The position numbers and the translations under genes are program-made. From the NCBI GenBank assembly GCA_046582655.1, contig JAYGDX010000150.1, positions 1 through 17,325 of the forward strand: a DNA stretch of 17,325 nucleotides. Reading direction: 5' to 3'. Under the pieces are notes generated by a model, which saw only the letters and a program-made list of their open reading frames with translations, was not told the DNA's origin and searched no databases. Positions 6,395-16,011 of this stretch are shown in pieces. Origin of the DNA: Candidatus Poribacteria bacterium. GTDB lineage: Bacteria; Poribacteria; WGA-4E; UBA9662. Every line of letters starts with the position of its first letter. Position 1 is the stretch's first letter.

Positions 6395-7186
6395 ATGAAT
6401 CAGTTTGATCAGTTGGCATCGATGTATGATCTTGACATGACCGACAAAACGGAAGGCATCAGCATGTATCTGGATTACGCTAGGGCAAAAGGTAGTCCCG
6501 TATTGCAGCTTGGGTGTGGTGTCGGCCGATTGTTGCTGCCTATTGCAAGTGAAGGTATCGACATTTATGGTGTTGATAGCTCGGAAGCGATGCTTGAATT
6601 TGTGCAATCGGAAATGGATGCGGGGCCTGATGAGGTCAAGCAACACATCACCCTGATTGAGCATGAGTTGCCCGATTTTCAGCAAGACATGCAATTTAGT
6701 CTCATTTTGATTGCCTTCAATTCGTTTTTAAACCTACTCACACGAAAAGATCAACAAAAAACACTGGCAAACGCGCACCGTATGTTGACTGATGATGGAT
6801 TATTAATTATTGATATTGTTACTCCCAAGCATAGTGATCTGGCTCGTGAGTGGCTACGACGGAAAGACATACCAATTTATCGCGGCCTACTCTATGATGA
6901 AGAAACCAGTACAACCTATGTTCGAAATGACCGTGTTAGGGTAAACCTGACAGACCAGATTCAGGATACCGAAATGATCTACGATACCGTTCACCCCGAT
7001 GGGCGAATTGAAAAGGTGGTTCGGATAGTTCAGACGAAATATGTTTTTCGATCGGAAATGGAGATCTTACTGGAATCAGCCGGATTTAACGTCCGCAACT
7101 TTTTCAGCAATTATGACTCCCATCAAGAATACAATTATGATGATAGTTTCGCCATGGTGTTTGTGGCAGAAAAAAGCACGAATTAG
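6395..7186 (+). CDS. Class I SAM-dependent methyltransferase
   Basis: VLQLGCGVGR, GVDSSEAML and L...GLLIIDI motifs. Confidence 0.9.
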   Translation: MNQFDQLASMYDLDMTDKTEGISMYLDYARAKGSPVLQLGCGVGRLLLPIASEGIDIYGVDSSEAMLEFVQSEMDAGPDEVKQHITLIEHELPDFQQDMQFSLILIAFNSFLNLLTRKDQQKTLANAHRMLTDDGLLIIDIVTPKHSDLAREWLRRKDIPIYRGLLYDEETSTTYVRNDRVRVNLTDQIQDTEMIYDTVHPDGRIEKVVRIVQTKYVFRSEMEILLESAGFNVRNFFSNYDSHQEYNYDDSFAMVFVAEKSTN

Positions 7187-7260
7187 ATAGAATCTTTAAG
7201 CCTCCTTGATATAAGTCAATAACGGATCATTCCTTTCTGTCTTCTCATTCGAACTCAATA

Positions 7261-7587
7261 TTTTTAAGGTGATTTTCTCCTCATCCATGCATTAAATTTA
7301 GAATTGGTATTAAATCTCACTGTATTCAGTCAGTGAATATCCCACCTCAGGCAGTACTACAGGGTAAATTAGAGATTGAAAAAATTACCAAAGCTGAAGG
7401 AAAAGGCAGAAAATCATCTAAAAGCTAGTTTGGAGATTTGTTAAAGATTGATGGTAGCTTCTCAGTTAAGTTGTCGGATTATAAAATCAAAGTTCCGCAA
7501 TTCCTAGTCTTGAAACTATAAAAGGCAATTAAAATTAAGATTTCCATGTTGGCAACCACGGTCTGCCTCGAAAAAAGAGTTGAATAG
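7261..7587 (+). pseudogene. Decayed YceI-like (polyisoprenoid-binding) gene
   Basis: Frame 1 reads FLR*FSPHPCIKF...LQGKLEIEKITK...*FGDLLKIDGSFSVKLSDYKIKVPQFLVLKL*KAIKIKISMLA. This follows the YceI motif order, with stops at 7270, 7426 and 7519. Confidence 0.6.
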
Positions 7588-7677
7588 GAACAAATAATGA
7601 CTGTAGAAGGTAAACTCACTGTGGCTAGACCAACATCATTTAACTATTATGGATAAACACAGAAGTAAAGGTGCCGA

Positions 7678-8376
7678 ATGATTCAAAAACGCAGTAGCCG
7701 TGAGAGGGGGTATGCCAATCACGAATGGTTGGAAACCTATCACTCTTTTTCATTTGCAAGATACTACGATTCCAAACACATGAACTTCCGCTACTTGCGG
7801 GTAATTAATGAGGATCGCGTACAACCCGGCACAGGATTTGGCATGCACTCTCACCATGACATGGAAATTATTACCTATATCCTAGATGGTTCATTAAAAC
7901 ATCAGGACAGCATGGGAAACCAATCAATTATTTATACTGGTGAGGTTCAGCACATCAGCGCTGGAACCGGAATTATGCACAGCGAGTTAAATCCCTCAGA
8001 ATCAGATCCAGTACATTTTCTACAGATCTGGATTACTCCCGATCGTATGGGAATTGAGCCGCGTTATGCGCAGCGTAAATTGAGGGATAATATATCGGAC
8101 AATCAGTTATGCCTGATTGCTTCCAAGAATGGAGAAAATGGATCAATTACATTGAATCAAGATGTCAACTTATATGTTTTATCGTTGGATTCAGGAGGAC
8201 AGGTTGATTATGAACTTCAGCCAGATCGATATGCTTGGATACAGGTAACAAAAGGTACAATAAAATTGAAGGATATCACAATGGAAGCAGGCGATGGAGC
8301 TGCGATTAGTGAAGAAAAAAAGCTTGAAATAAATGCTAATAATGCGGCCGAAATGCTCTTGTTCGATTTATCATGA
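7678..8376 (+). CDS. yhhW: Pirin family protein (YhhW-like)
   Basis: WLETYHSFSF, LRVINED, GFGMHSHHDMEIITY, SAGTGIMHSE and FLQIWI motifs. Confidence 0.92.
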   Translation: MIQKRSSRERGYANHEWLETYHSFSFARYYDSKHMNFRYLRVINEDRVQPGTGFGMHSHHDMEIITYILDGSLKHQDSMGNQSIIYTGEVQHISAGTGIMHSELNPSESDPVHFLQIWITPDRMGIEPRYAQRKLRDNISDNQLCLIASKNGENGSITLNQDVNLYVLSLDSGGQVDYELQPDRYAWIQVTKGTIKLKDITMEAGDGAAISEEKKLEINANNAAEMLLFDLS

Positions 8377-8504
8377 TTTCCCTAAAACAATTCTAGATTA
8401 AATTATGTTTGCTACTTGCTTCAAGCATGCTGTTGTATGCTAGGCAGAAGCCTGGTATTTATTCCCCCTTGAGTTTGTTAAACTAATGCGAGATATAAAA
8501 ATTA

Positions 8505-9431
8505 ATGCTACACCATAGAGAAAAAAGCGCAGAAGGGAAATTTCTACGGCAAGAAGATCAATTTCGTAGTTGGGTTGCGAACGATAGCTCGTCAAGATTC
8601 CCTGTGGCATCGGGACGTTATTATCTTTATGTATCCCTTGCTTGTCCATGGGCACATCGAACTATCATTGTACGGAAACTCAAAAAGTTGGAAGATGTGA
8701 TTGGGATGACGGTTGTTGACCCAATCCGTGATGAACGAGGTTGGGCTTTTACCAACCAGAAAGATCCTATCAACGGTTTTGAATATCTTGGCCAAGCCTA
8801 CGTCACCACTGATTCAAGCTATGAGGCGCGAGTGACAGTTCCCGTTTTGTGGGATAGTAAAACCAGTCAGATTGTCAGTAACTGTGATGACGACATAATG
8901 CGGATGCTGAACAGTACGTTCGATGATTTCACCGACAGTAGCCTTGACCTATATCCTGTCGAACTGCGATCTGAGATTGATAAGATCAATGACTTGATCT
9001 ATCCCAACGTAAATGATGGTGTATACCGTTCGGGTTTCGCCACTACCCAAGACTCCTATGAAATAGCTGTTCACAAGTTGTTTGAAACACTTGATTTCTT
9101 GGAAAGCAAACTTTCGGAACACCGTTATTTGGTAGGCAATCGACTTACGGAAGCCGATTGGCGTCTCTTTCCCACACTAATCCGCTTTGATGCTGTTTAT
9201 CACGGGCATTTTAAGTGTAACCTGAAACGCATCATTGACTATCCAAATCTTTATGGGTACATGTGTGATCTCTATTATCATGACAATGTGGCAGAAACAG
9301 TTGATTTCGATCATATCAAACGACATTATTACATGACACATCCCGAGGTTAATCCGACAAGGATTGTACCTGTTGGCCCCAGTTTTGAATTTGACGCGTT
9401 GCACAATCGTGAACGTTTAAGTAACAAATGA
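8505..9431 (+). CDS. yqjG: Glutathionyl-hydroquinone reductase (GST Xi/omega-like)
   Basis: RYYLYVSLACPWAHR, RVTVPVLWD, TEADWRLFPTLIRFDAVYHGHFKCN and HIKRHYY motifs. Confidence 0.93.
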   Translation: MLHHREKSAEGKFLRQEDQFRSWVANDSSSRFPVASGRYYLYVSLACPWAHRTIIVRKLKKLEDVIGMTVVDPIRDERGWAFTNQKDPINGFEYLGQAYVTTDSSYEARVTVPVLWDSKTSQIVSNCDDDIMRMLNSTFDDFTDSSLDLYPVELRSEIDKINDLIYPNVNDGVYRSGFATTQDSYEIAVHKLFETLDFLESKLSEHRYLVGNRLTEADWRLFPTLIRFDAVYHGHFKCNLKRIIDYPNLYGYMCDLYYHDNVAETVDFDHIKRHYYMTHPEVNPTRIVPVGPSFEFDALHNRERLSNK

Positions 9432-9606
9432 TTTTAACCATCCGATGGGTTTACGAAGTCGGGACTTTAAAATGTTTGGTGTGTCTAATGATTAACGATG
9501 TTGACATCTTTTCTCTAACCTGATGTGGCCGAAATGCTGTTGTTTGATCTGGTACAATCCCCTCAATTAACTCCAAGTTAAATTATGCCGATTAATTTTG
9601 TTTAAA

Positions 9607-9960
9607 ATGCGTTCTGTTGTTATGATGTTGATACTCTCTTGTTTATTGGTTATCATTTTTTATAGAATGTCAAAAGTGGTTGGCCAGATATATCCCGCTG
9701 ATTTAGGCCTGGCTGAAATTGATGTGTCGAGTTATCCACGGGAAATGCGGCAGTCATATAAGGTTTTTGCCAGTAAATGTAGCCGTTGTCACACCTTAGC
9801 TCGCCCGATCAACTCTAATTTTTCTGTTGAGGAATGGCAAAAATATGTCTATAAAATGATGAATAAATCCGGATCAGGACTGACAAAAGAAATATCGGAT
9901 CAGATTATCCGTTTTCTGATATATGATTATCAGGTTCGTAAGAAAAAGATAGAAAAGTAA
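9607..9960 (+). CDS. Exported or membrane-anchored monoheme cytochrome c
   Basis: N-terminal hydrophobic segment, single CSRCH heme motif, downstream W...V.KM candidate Met ligand. TTG 9598 is an alternative start. Confidence 0.8.
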   Translation: MRSVVMMLILSCLLVIIFYRMSKVVGQIYPADLGLAEIDVSSYPREMRQSYKVFASKCSRCHTLARPINSNFSVEEWQKYVYKMMNKSGSGLTKEISDQIIRFLIYDYQVRKKKIEK

Positions 9961-10021
9961 ACGGGATCTTGTACATGCCATCACTGGTATTTTTCCCTTC
10001 AATTAAAGGAGAGTATAATCA

Positions 10022-10948
10022 ATGCCAAATGCCAAATTCTGTGTCTACATAATACAGCTGATAATCATGTTCTCCTGCATGACAAGTTTCAGATTATATG
10101 CTGACGAACGGAATAAGGATGCTTGGACTGACCTCGGACTAATTGAACATGAGGCAATCCGTGAAGCGTCTGGTATTGTGGCTAGCCGGAGAAATTCGGG
10201 GGTATTGTGGATTCATAATGATAGTGATAACCCAAATTGTTTATACGCTTTGGATATAAAAGGAAGACACCTCGGCATCTACTATCTCGAGGGAATAATA
10301 AATCGGGATTGGGAGGATATTGCCATTGGTCCTGGCCCTAAAGATGATCAAGACTATCTCTACCTAGGCGATATCGGCGATAATTTCTCTCAGTATCAGT
10401 TGAAATATATTTACCGTTTTCCAGAGCCGATTATCGATCTTGATCAAACACCATTTGACAAAACGAAAACGATAACAAATATAGAGCAGATCTCGTTTCA
10501 GTATTCTGACGGGCTTCATGATGCCGAAACACTGTTGGTTGATCCATTGACAACAGAACTTTATATTATATCCAAGTGGGGAAATAGCGTTAACGTCTAT
10601 CTTATGCCTTATCCCCAGTCAGTTACTGAGGTCATGATACTTGAATGTGTTGCCACATTGAACATTGGATTAGTGGTTGGAGGAGACATTTCCCCTTGTG
10701 GATCAGAGATACTAATTAAGAATTATAGTGACATCTACTACTTTGCCCGTAACTCGGACCAGTCGTTATGGAAAGCGTTCGATTTAGATAGCTATGTTAC
10801 AGTACCGTACGCGTATGAAAATGAACCGCAAGGGGAAGCTGTATGTTGGGATGCTAGCAGTACTGGGTATTACACCGTCAGCGAAGAACCTGGAGGGATT
10901 CCCGCTCGTCTTTATTTTTATCCGCGTTTTGTTTCTACAACACCGTAG
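10022..10948 (+). CDS. Secreted hypothetical protein, probable beta-propeller
   Basis: AAGGAG SD and signal-peptide-like N-terminus. Acidic blade-like motifs EASGI, HNDS, DWEDIA, DIGDN, DAETL and QGEAV. Confidence 0.75.
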   Translation: MPNAKFCVYIIQLIIMFSCMTSFRLYADERNKDAWTDLGLIEHEAIREASGIVASRRNSGVLWIHNDSDNPNCLYALDIKGRHLGIYYLEGIINRDWEDIAIGPGPKDDQDYLYLGDIGDNFSQYQLKYIYRFPEPIIDLDQTPFDKTKTITNIEQISFQYSDGLHDAETLLVDPLTTELYIISKWGNSVNVYLMPYPQSVTEVMILECVATLNIGLVVGGDISPCGSEILIKNYSDIYYFARNSDQSLWKAFDLDSYVTVPYAYENEPQGEAVCWDASSTGYYTVSEEPGGIPARLYFYPRFVSTTP

Positions 10949-11072
10949 CAGCATGAAATGAATGGAGTTTCCTCACAGTTGTGATCGGACTAACCTAAAG
11001 AACCTTTTAGAGTAAATATTTTAGGAGGATAGTTTATGGAAAGTAAAGTAGAAGCAATCGGGGTTGGGAAAC

Positions 11073-14000
11073 TCAATCCCATTCCCTGAGTAAATTCAGT
11101 GCGCCTAAAATCTGATCTTTTTTACGTTCGAACCAGGCAAAAAGGACTAGGATTGCCATTCCTAGGCTAATTCCAGAAATCCACCAGATCCAAGCATTTC
11201 CCTTTCCAGCTTCGAAGATTTGGATTAAAATATCTAGCAGAAGAAAAACTGTTCCAAGATACAGAAAATGACGGATGCGTAAAGCAATTCCAGCCAGTAT
11301 TCCCAAGACGCAAATCACAGCCAGGATAATTGGCGACCAAAATCCAGTAGCAGTAAAAAGTTCAGCAAATGAGGAAGCGTAGATAATAATCCCTGCAAAG
11401 GACCGAAAACGCCGCATCATTTCCAGCGATAAATCACTTCGGTTGAGGTAGGTAATAAAGATTAGGCTAAAGCCAATTGGGGCAACAAATAGTTGCGGAT
11501 GCATTTTAAAAGCAATTCCCCACCATGCCCAAAAAACCGCTATAGTTAAATTTAAGAACACGCATGTAATGTAGATATACGGAATATCGTATTCGATCCA
11601 GGTGACTGTAAGGTAAAAAACAGTTGTTGCTGCTACAGTTAGAACGGTGACTGGAGTGATTTCTAAACTGGAAACGAGGGGCATTCCGACTAGTGGAATT
11701 AAGGTCAAGAAAAAAGAAGTATAGCGTGATGGTCGAATGAAAACATCCAAGCTAACGCGCTGGAAAATTTGAGATAATCCTAGGACAACGAAACTGACTG
11801 CAACAACGCCAATCGGCCAAAATTGGCGAAATATGTCGTTGTTAAACCATTCGGGAACAACAAGCCGGGTAAAGAAGAGTATACCAATAATGGTTGCTTC
11901 ACCAACGTATACGAAAAGTTCTCTTTGTAGTCTCCAGGCAGTCCAAAAGTAAAAAATGGCCACCGAGCCGAAGGCTAAAACGCCAAATTTGGCCAACGTT
12001 CCCTTATCCTCGGTACTTGCCATGAATGCGATAAAAACAAGCGCAGCTATGGTTACAAGAGCGATTCCCATCCACTTACAAGCTTCTGTAAAGAAGGTTA
12101 GATTGGGGTTGCGTTTATTAATTGAAATTCCAAGGATCGACCAGAAATAGCCTAGACCAACTGACATTAGACCGCATGAAAACATAGTTATCCACGGACT
12201 ATACTTGGTGACAGGTAAAATAGCGGAGGTTAAAGCGTAACTACCCAAGGTAAAAACCACCATTCCAAGATAACTCCAATTCTCTTCCTTTCGTTCGAAA
12301 GCATTGGCTAAGTAAATAAAGGCAATCAGGAATATGGAAACGATGCTTTGATAGGAAAAAACTTGCCCACTGCTAACCTCAAGCAGCATCATTAACAGCA
12401 CAAATGCAGTATTACAATATAAAAGGGTCTCAATGGTTGTTATCAACGTGATGTTTTCGGTCCCAGGAAAGGTAAGCTGAATCTTTTGGAGCAAGTCCCG
12501 CACTTGATCTTTACACCTTAGAATTAGATGCCATACAGCTGCGTAAACGGCTGTCATCAGGATCAGCCATTCATTGGATAATCCGAATACAATTGAAGTA
12601 CAAACAAAAACCAGCCAGCCCGAGATATACAGAAGTATTGTATGTAGCATCCGGAAGCCACGATAGAGGTGAAAAAACAGTGCTAGGGATATCAAAGTCT
12701 GGCTGATCAGAATCACCATTTTGGAATCAGACAATATCGGATCAAGGAGAAAAACAATCTGGAGAATTCCAATGATAAAAAATGCAGAAGCCACAACGAT
12801 TGTTGCCCACAGGAAAAACGGTGCTGAATAATCTTGTATCGGCAACTTAAATATTGAACAGATCGCCGTTTTCCATCTTCTGACTGCTAGCCCAACTAGA
12901 ATCCACATATTGGCCAGTAAACAGAGTACAATGCTGATAGTGTAAGCTAATATTTCCTCGTCGGAAAAATAAGAATGGGCTAATCTCCCCGTCAGACAAA
13001 GAATTCCCCAACTAAATAAAATTTGGAAAGCATAAAGCCAATGATTTCGGAGATAGATCTTTTGCGTCAATAAGTAGAGAATGGCGGCAGAGAAGGCAGC
13101 CAGCGATCTAATAGTGATGGCAGGTAAGGAGGTTGAATCTAAGTTGAGCGAACCGATGACGAGCAAAATTGACGCTACCAGAGAGCTATTAACTAGTGGG
13201 TAAGCGTACAGACGTTGTTTGTGACTGTCAGCAGATCTTTGCAGAAGATATGATCCGTAGAAAAAGGCGGCACAGGTATAAATAAGAATCGCCAAAATGG
13301 ACCAGTCGAAAATGTGAGGCGGGTTCAACTTGTAAACCGCACCCAGAATTGTTCCGAAACAGGTTAAGTTTGATAAATAAACAAATAAAGGACTTTGATA
13401 GATAGGCGTATAAAATGTGAAGTTGACTGTTACCATGGTCCCACATAAGAGACTGGTTACTAAAATCGCCCAGCCCTGTAGTGGCCTAAAGGCACCAACT
13501 GCGACTAAAATAGTTGTCATTGATGTTAAAACCATGGAACTGTTGAATAAAGGACTTTGGTAAATTAAGCGTCGCTGATTGAAATCGGTTGGCTTGATTA
13601 CCAACTTGCCTAAAATAAGATAGACTGAGGCCGTCATGGCTATCATCAGTGCATAATGTCCCAAACCTACAATTTCATACAGTAGCAATAGTTGGTGAAA
13701 GGTTCCCAGTATTGTTCCTAAAAAGGCCGCACTAGCAAGATAAATGAATAAAGGCAAAGGAATATTAAATAGCGACGATAGCTCATAGATCGTGCTGTAA
13801 GATATAAAGTTTATGGTTATCACAAGGCTGCAAAACAGGCCTATTATTAAATTGATCCAACCAGTCCAAACTCCAGCAGAAAAAATGGTGATTCCAATCA
13901 ATACAGTAGCAATGAGTGTTAAGACTATGGAACTGTTGATCAAAGGAATTCGATAGCTTAATCGCCATTGATCCAAGTCTGCTTGTTTGGACATCAACTT

Positions 14001-15836
14001 TCCAGTTGCTAGATAGGCCGAGGCAACCAATGCTACCATTAGGACGTAGTAGAGAACATCATCAACTCCCAGTCGATAGAATAGGAAAGAGATTCCAGCA
14101 ACCAATGAACCGCAAGCCCAGTAGGTGAAAAATATTTGTTTCCACTGATTAGCGAGAATGATGCACGCCACTGCGTAGAATATCAGCACAAAACTGGCAA
14201 TTGCTGGCTGTGAGAGTGAACCAATTGTCAGTAGTCCGGCTAGACAAGTTCCAGCCCAATGTATCGGTATTGCAAGTTGGGAGATGTCTTTCCGTTTTAG
14301 GAAATGACCACATACCCAGTAGACCAAACTCAACGGAACTAGAATAAGAGAAATTTCAGCAACACTTGCGGATGGCACCCAACTAAATTCAACTCCTTTA
14401 ACTTGGGCGATCAAGATGAAACTTATAGTGACATAGAAAAGCCCGAAACTGATGATTGTCATGTATGTCTGCAGTGGTTTTCGATCATTTAAAGCTAGGT
14501 AACTATAGATGATCGCCACCAAGAGAGTCGTTAAACTGATTGCACCCTTAACAGACACTCCCAGTGCAACAACCAAGATGGTTATCAAATACCCACAGGA
14601 CAGAATGATTAATCCAACTGTTCGACCATTGCAGGATTCTTGAGATCGATAGGCCAACTGTCTACCATAATAGAGACTGGGCAAAATTCCCAAGAATATT
14701 AAGGGAGATAAATGACTGAATTTGATGACAGAATCTAGACTGAAAGGAATTCGAATTAAAAGAAAAGCGAAAGCATAATTTAATGTGCCAACACAGAAAT
14801 ATATCTGATCAGCAGTCGTTTGTTCAATTGAATCAGAATTTTGAAACTTTAATCGAGTTACTCCTATAATGAATATCAGCCAAGCTATAGTCGCAATGGC
14901 TATACCTGTACTGAATCTGGCTGTTAACACTTCAACGGTGAGATGAAGACCACTCAGCATCAAGTAAGTGATGATCCAGGTGATAGCATTTTCAATTTTC
15001 AGAAAACGTGTAAATAGGTAACTGACACCGCCCAAGACAACGAGTACAACGATCCCCAGGTATCGCAAATTCGATCCCATCAAATCAAGGGCCAGAAAAT
15101 GAAGTGGTATTAAGAGGAAAGCCGAAATGGAAAAAATTTTGCCTGTGATTGGTAACAGAAGCCGAACTAGCGTGTACCAGCCTCCGCCGAAGATTGCTAA
15201 GGTAGTAGTCAGAAAAACCAGATATTTTACAATTGGATTGTTTAATTGCCACAATGTAATTGCCAATGGAATTGAAAAACCAACAATCATCAAGGTGGCT
15301 ACTAACTCAACCCATCGTATATTGCGTTCCAATAGAAAAGACTGGAAGACCTCGATGAGGTCAACACGACGAGTAATCTTGTCAGATCTTTCATCTCTAC
15401 TGACTACCGTTGCTGGTATGACAGTTTCCACAGGAGACGGAGTAGTTTCCAGCTCAGGTTGCGTTTGATTTTCCACAATTTGAGTTGGAAGGATTTCTTC
15501 ACTTTCATTGTCTTCCTGTTCTTGCGCAATTTCTTCTGGTTGTTGCAATACTGCAGTGTCTTCTCCAGAATCCGCAGCTACCTCAGAATCGCTTAAATAG
15601 CTGTTTTGTAACTTACTAGCTAGTTCTTCTGGCAGACCCATGGACTTGAGTTCGTTAACCGCTTGAAGAAACACTGCCCCCATCTGAGGAAGTTCATTTA
15701 TTAAACGTTGTTCCTCTAATTCAATCATACGACTTGCAGTTACGAACTCGTCATTGGTAATTTGACGAGCAGTCAGAAGTCGAGATAATTCAGCTTTAAC
15801 AAATGACAGTTTTAGGAAAGCACTTTGATCTCTCAT
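11073..15836 (-). CDS. Very large polytopic membrane protein (1587 aa) with internal repeats; function unknown
   Basis: Uninterrupted 4.76-kb ORF with a soluble acidic N-terminus followed by dozens of hydrophobic helices. Confidence 0.85.
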   Translation of the reverse strand: MRDQSAFLKLSFVKAELSRLLTARQITNDEFVTASRMIELEEQRLINELPQMGAVFLQAVNELKSMGLPEELASKLQNSYLSDSEVAADSGEDTAVLQQPEEIAQEQEDNESEEILPTQIVENQTQPELETTPSPVETVIPATVVSRDERSDKITRRVDLIEVFQSFLLERNIRWVELVATLMIVGFSIPLAITLWQLNNPIVKYLVFLTTTLAIFGGGWYTLVRLLLPITGKIFSISAFLLIPLHFLALDLMGSNLRYLGIVVLVVLGGVSYLFTRFLKIENAITWIITYLMLSGLHLTVEVLTARFSTGIAIATIAWLIFIIGVTRLKFQNSDSIEQTTADQIYFCVGTLNYAFAFLLIRIPFSLDSVIKFSHLSPLIFLGILPSLYYGRQLAYRSQESCNGRTVGLIILSCGYLITILVVALGVSVKGAISLTTLLVAIIYSYLALNDRKPLQTYMTIISFGLFYVTISFILIAQVKGVEFSWVPSASVAEISLILVPLSLVYWVCGHFLKRKDISQLAIPIHWAGTCLAGLLTIGSLSQPAIASFVLIFYAVACIILANQWKQIFFTYWACGSLVAGISFLFYRLGVDDVLYYVLMVALVASAYLATGKLMSKQADLDQWRLSYRIPLINSSIVLTLIATVLIGITIFSAGVWTGWINLIIGLFCSLVITINFISYSTIYELSSLFNIPLPLFIYLASAAFLGTILGTFHQLLLLYEIVGLGHYALMIAMTASVYLILGKLVIKPTDFNQRRLIYQSPLFNSSMVLTSMTTILVAVGAFRPLQGWAILVTSLLCGTMVTVNFTFYTPIYQSPLFVYLSNLTCFGTILGAVYKLNPPHIFDWSILAILIYTCAAFFYGSYLLQRSADSHKQRLYAYPLVNSSLVASILLVIGSLNLDSTSLPAITIRSLAAFSAAILYLLTQKIYLRNHWLYAFQILFSWGILCLTGRLAHSYFSDEEILAYTISIVLCLLANMWILVGLAVRRWKTAICSIFKLPIQDYSAPFFLWATIVVASAFFIIGILQIVFLLDPILSDSKMVILISQTLISLALFFHLYRGFRMLHTILLYISGWLVFVCTSIVFGLSNEWLILMTAVYAAVWHLILRCKDQVRDLLQKIQLTFPGTENITLITTIETLLYCNTAFVLLMMLLEVSSGQVFSYQSIVSIFLIAFIYLANAFERKEENWSYLGMVVFTLGSYALTSAILPVTKYSPWITMFSCGLMSVGLGYFWSILGISINKRNPNLTFFTEACKWMGIALVTIAALVFIAFMASTEDKGTLAKFGVLAFGSVAIFYFWTAWRLQRELFVYVGEATIIGILFFTRLVVPEWFNNDIFRQFWPIGVVAVSFVVLGLSQIFQRVSLDVFIRPSRYTSFFLTLIPLVGMPLVSSLEITPVTVLTVAATTVFYLTVTWIEYDIPYIYITCVFLNLTIAVFWAWWGIAFKMHPQLFVAPIGFSLIFITYLNRSDLSLEMMRRFRSFAGIIIYASSFAELFTATGFWSPIILAVICVLGILAGIALRIRHFLYLGTVFLLLDILIQIFEAGKGNAWIWWISGISLGMAILVLFAWFERKKDQILGALNLLREWD

Positions 15837-16011
15837 AACTTTACCTGTATCGTGTTGCTAGTATTTTGTGGTTGGGAAATCCAAAGATCTGTCCAAGTAC
15901 ATATTGTCATTAATAAGAAAATTAGCGCTTTCCCCTTCGCTGAAACTTTTCCTTTTAAACCTTTTAGGCGTTTAAATTAATCTGAATATTACATAAAGTA
16001 AAATCGTTCAT

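Noticed and set aside
7197..7289. 30-codon minus-strand ORF MDEEKITLK...
   Set aside because: No SD or motif, and it partly overlaps the YceI-like remnant.
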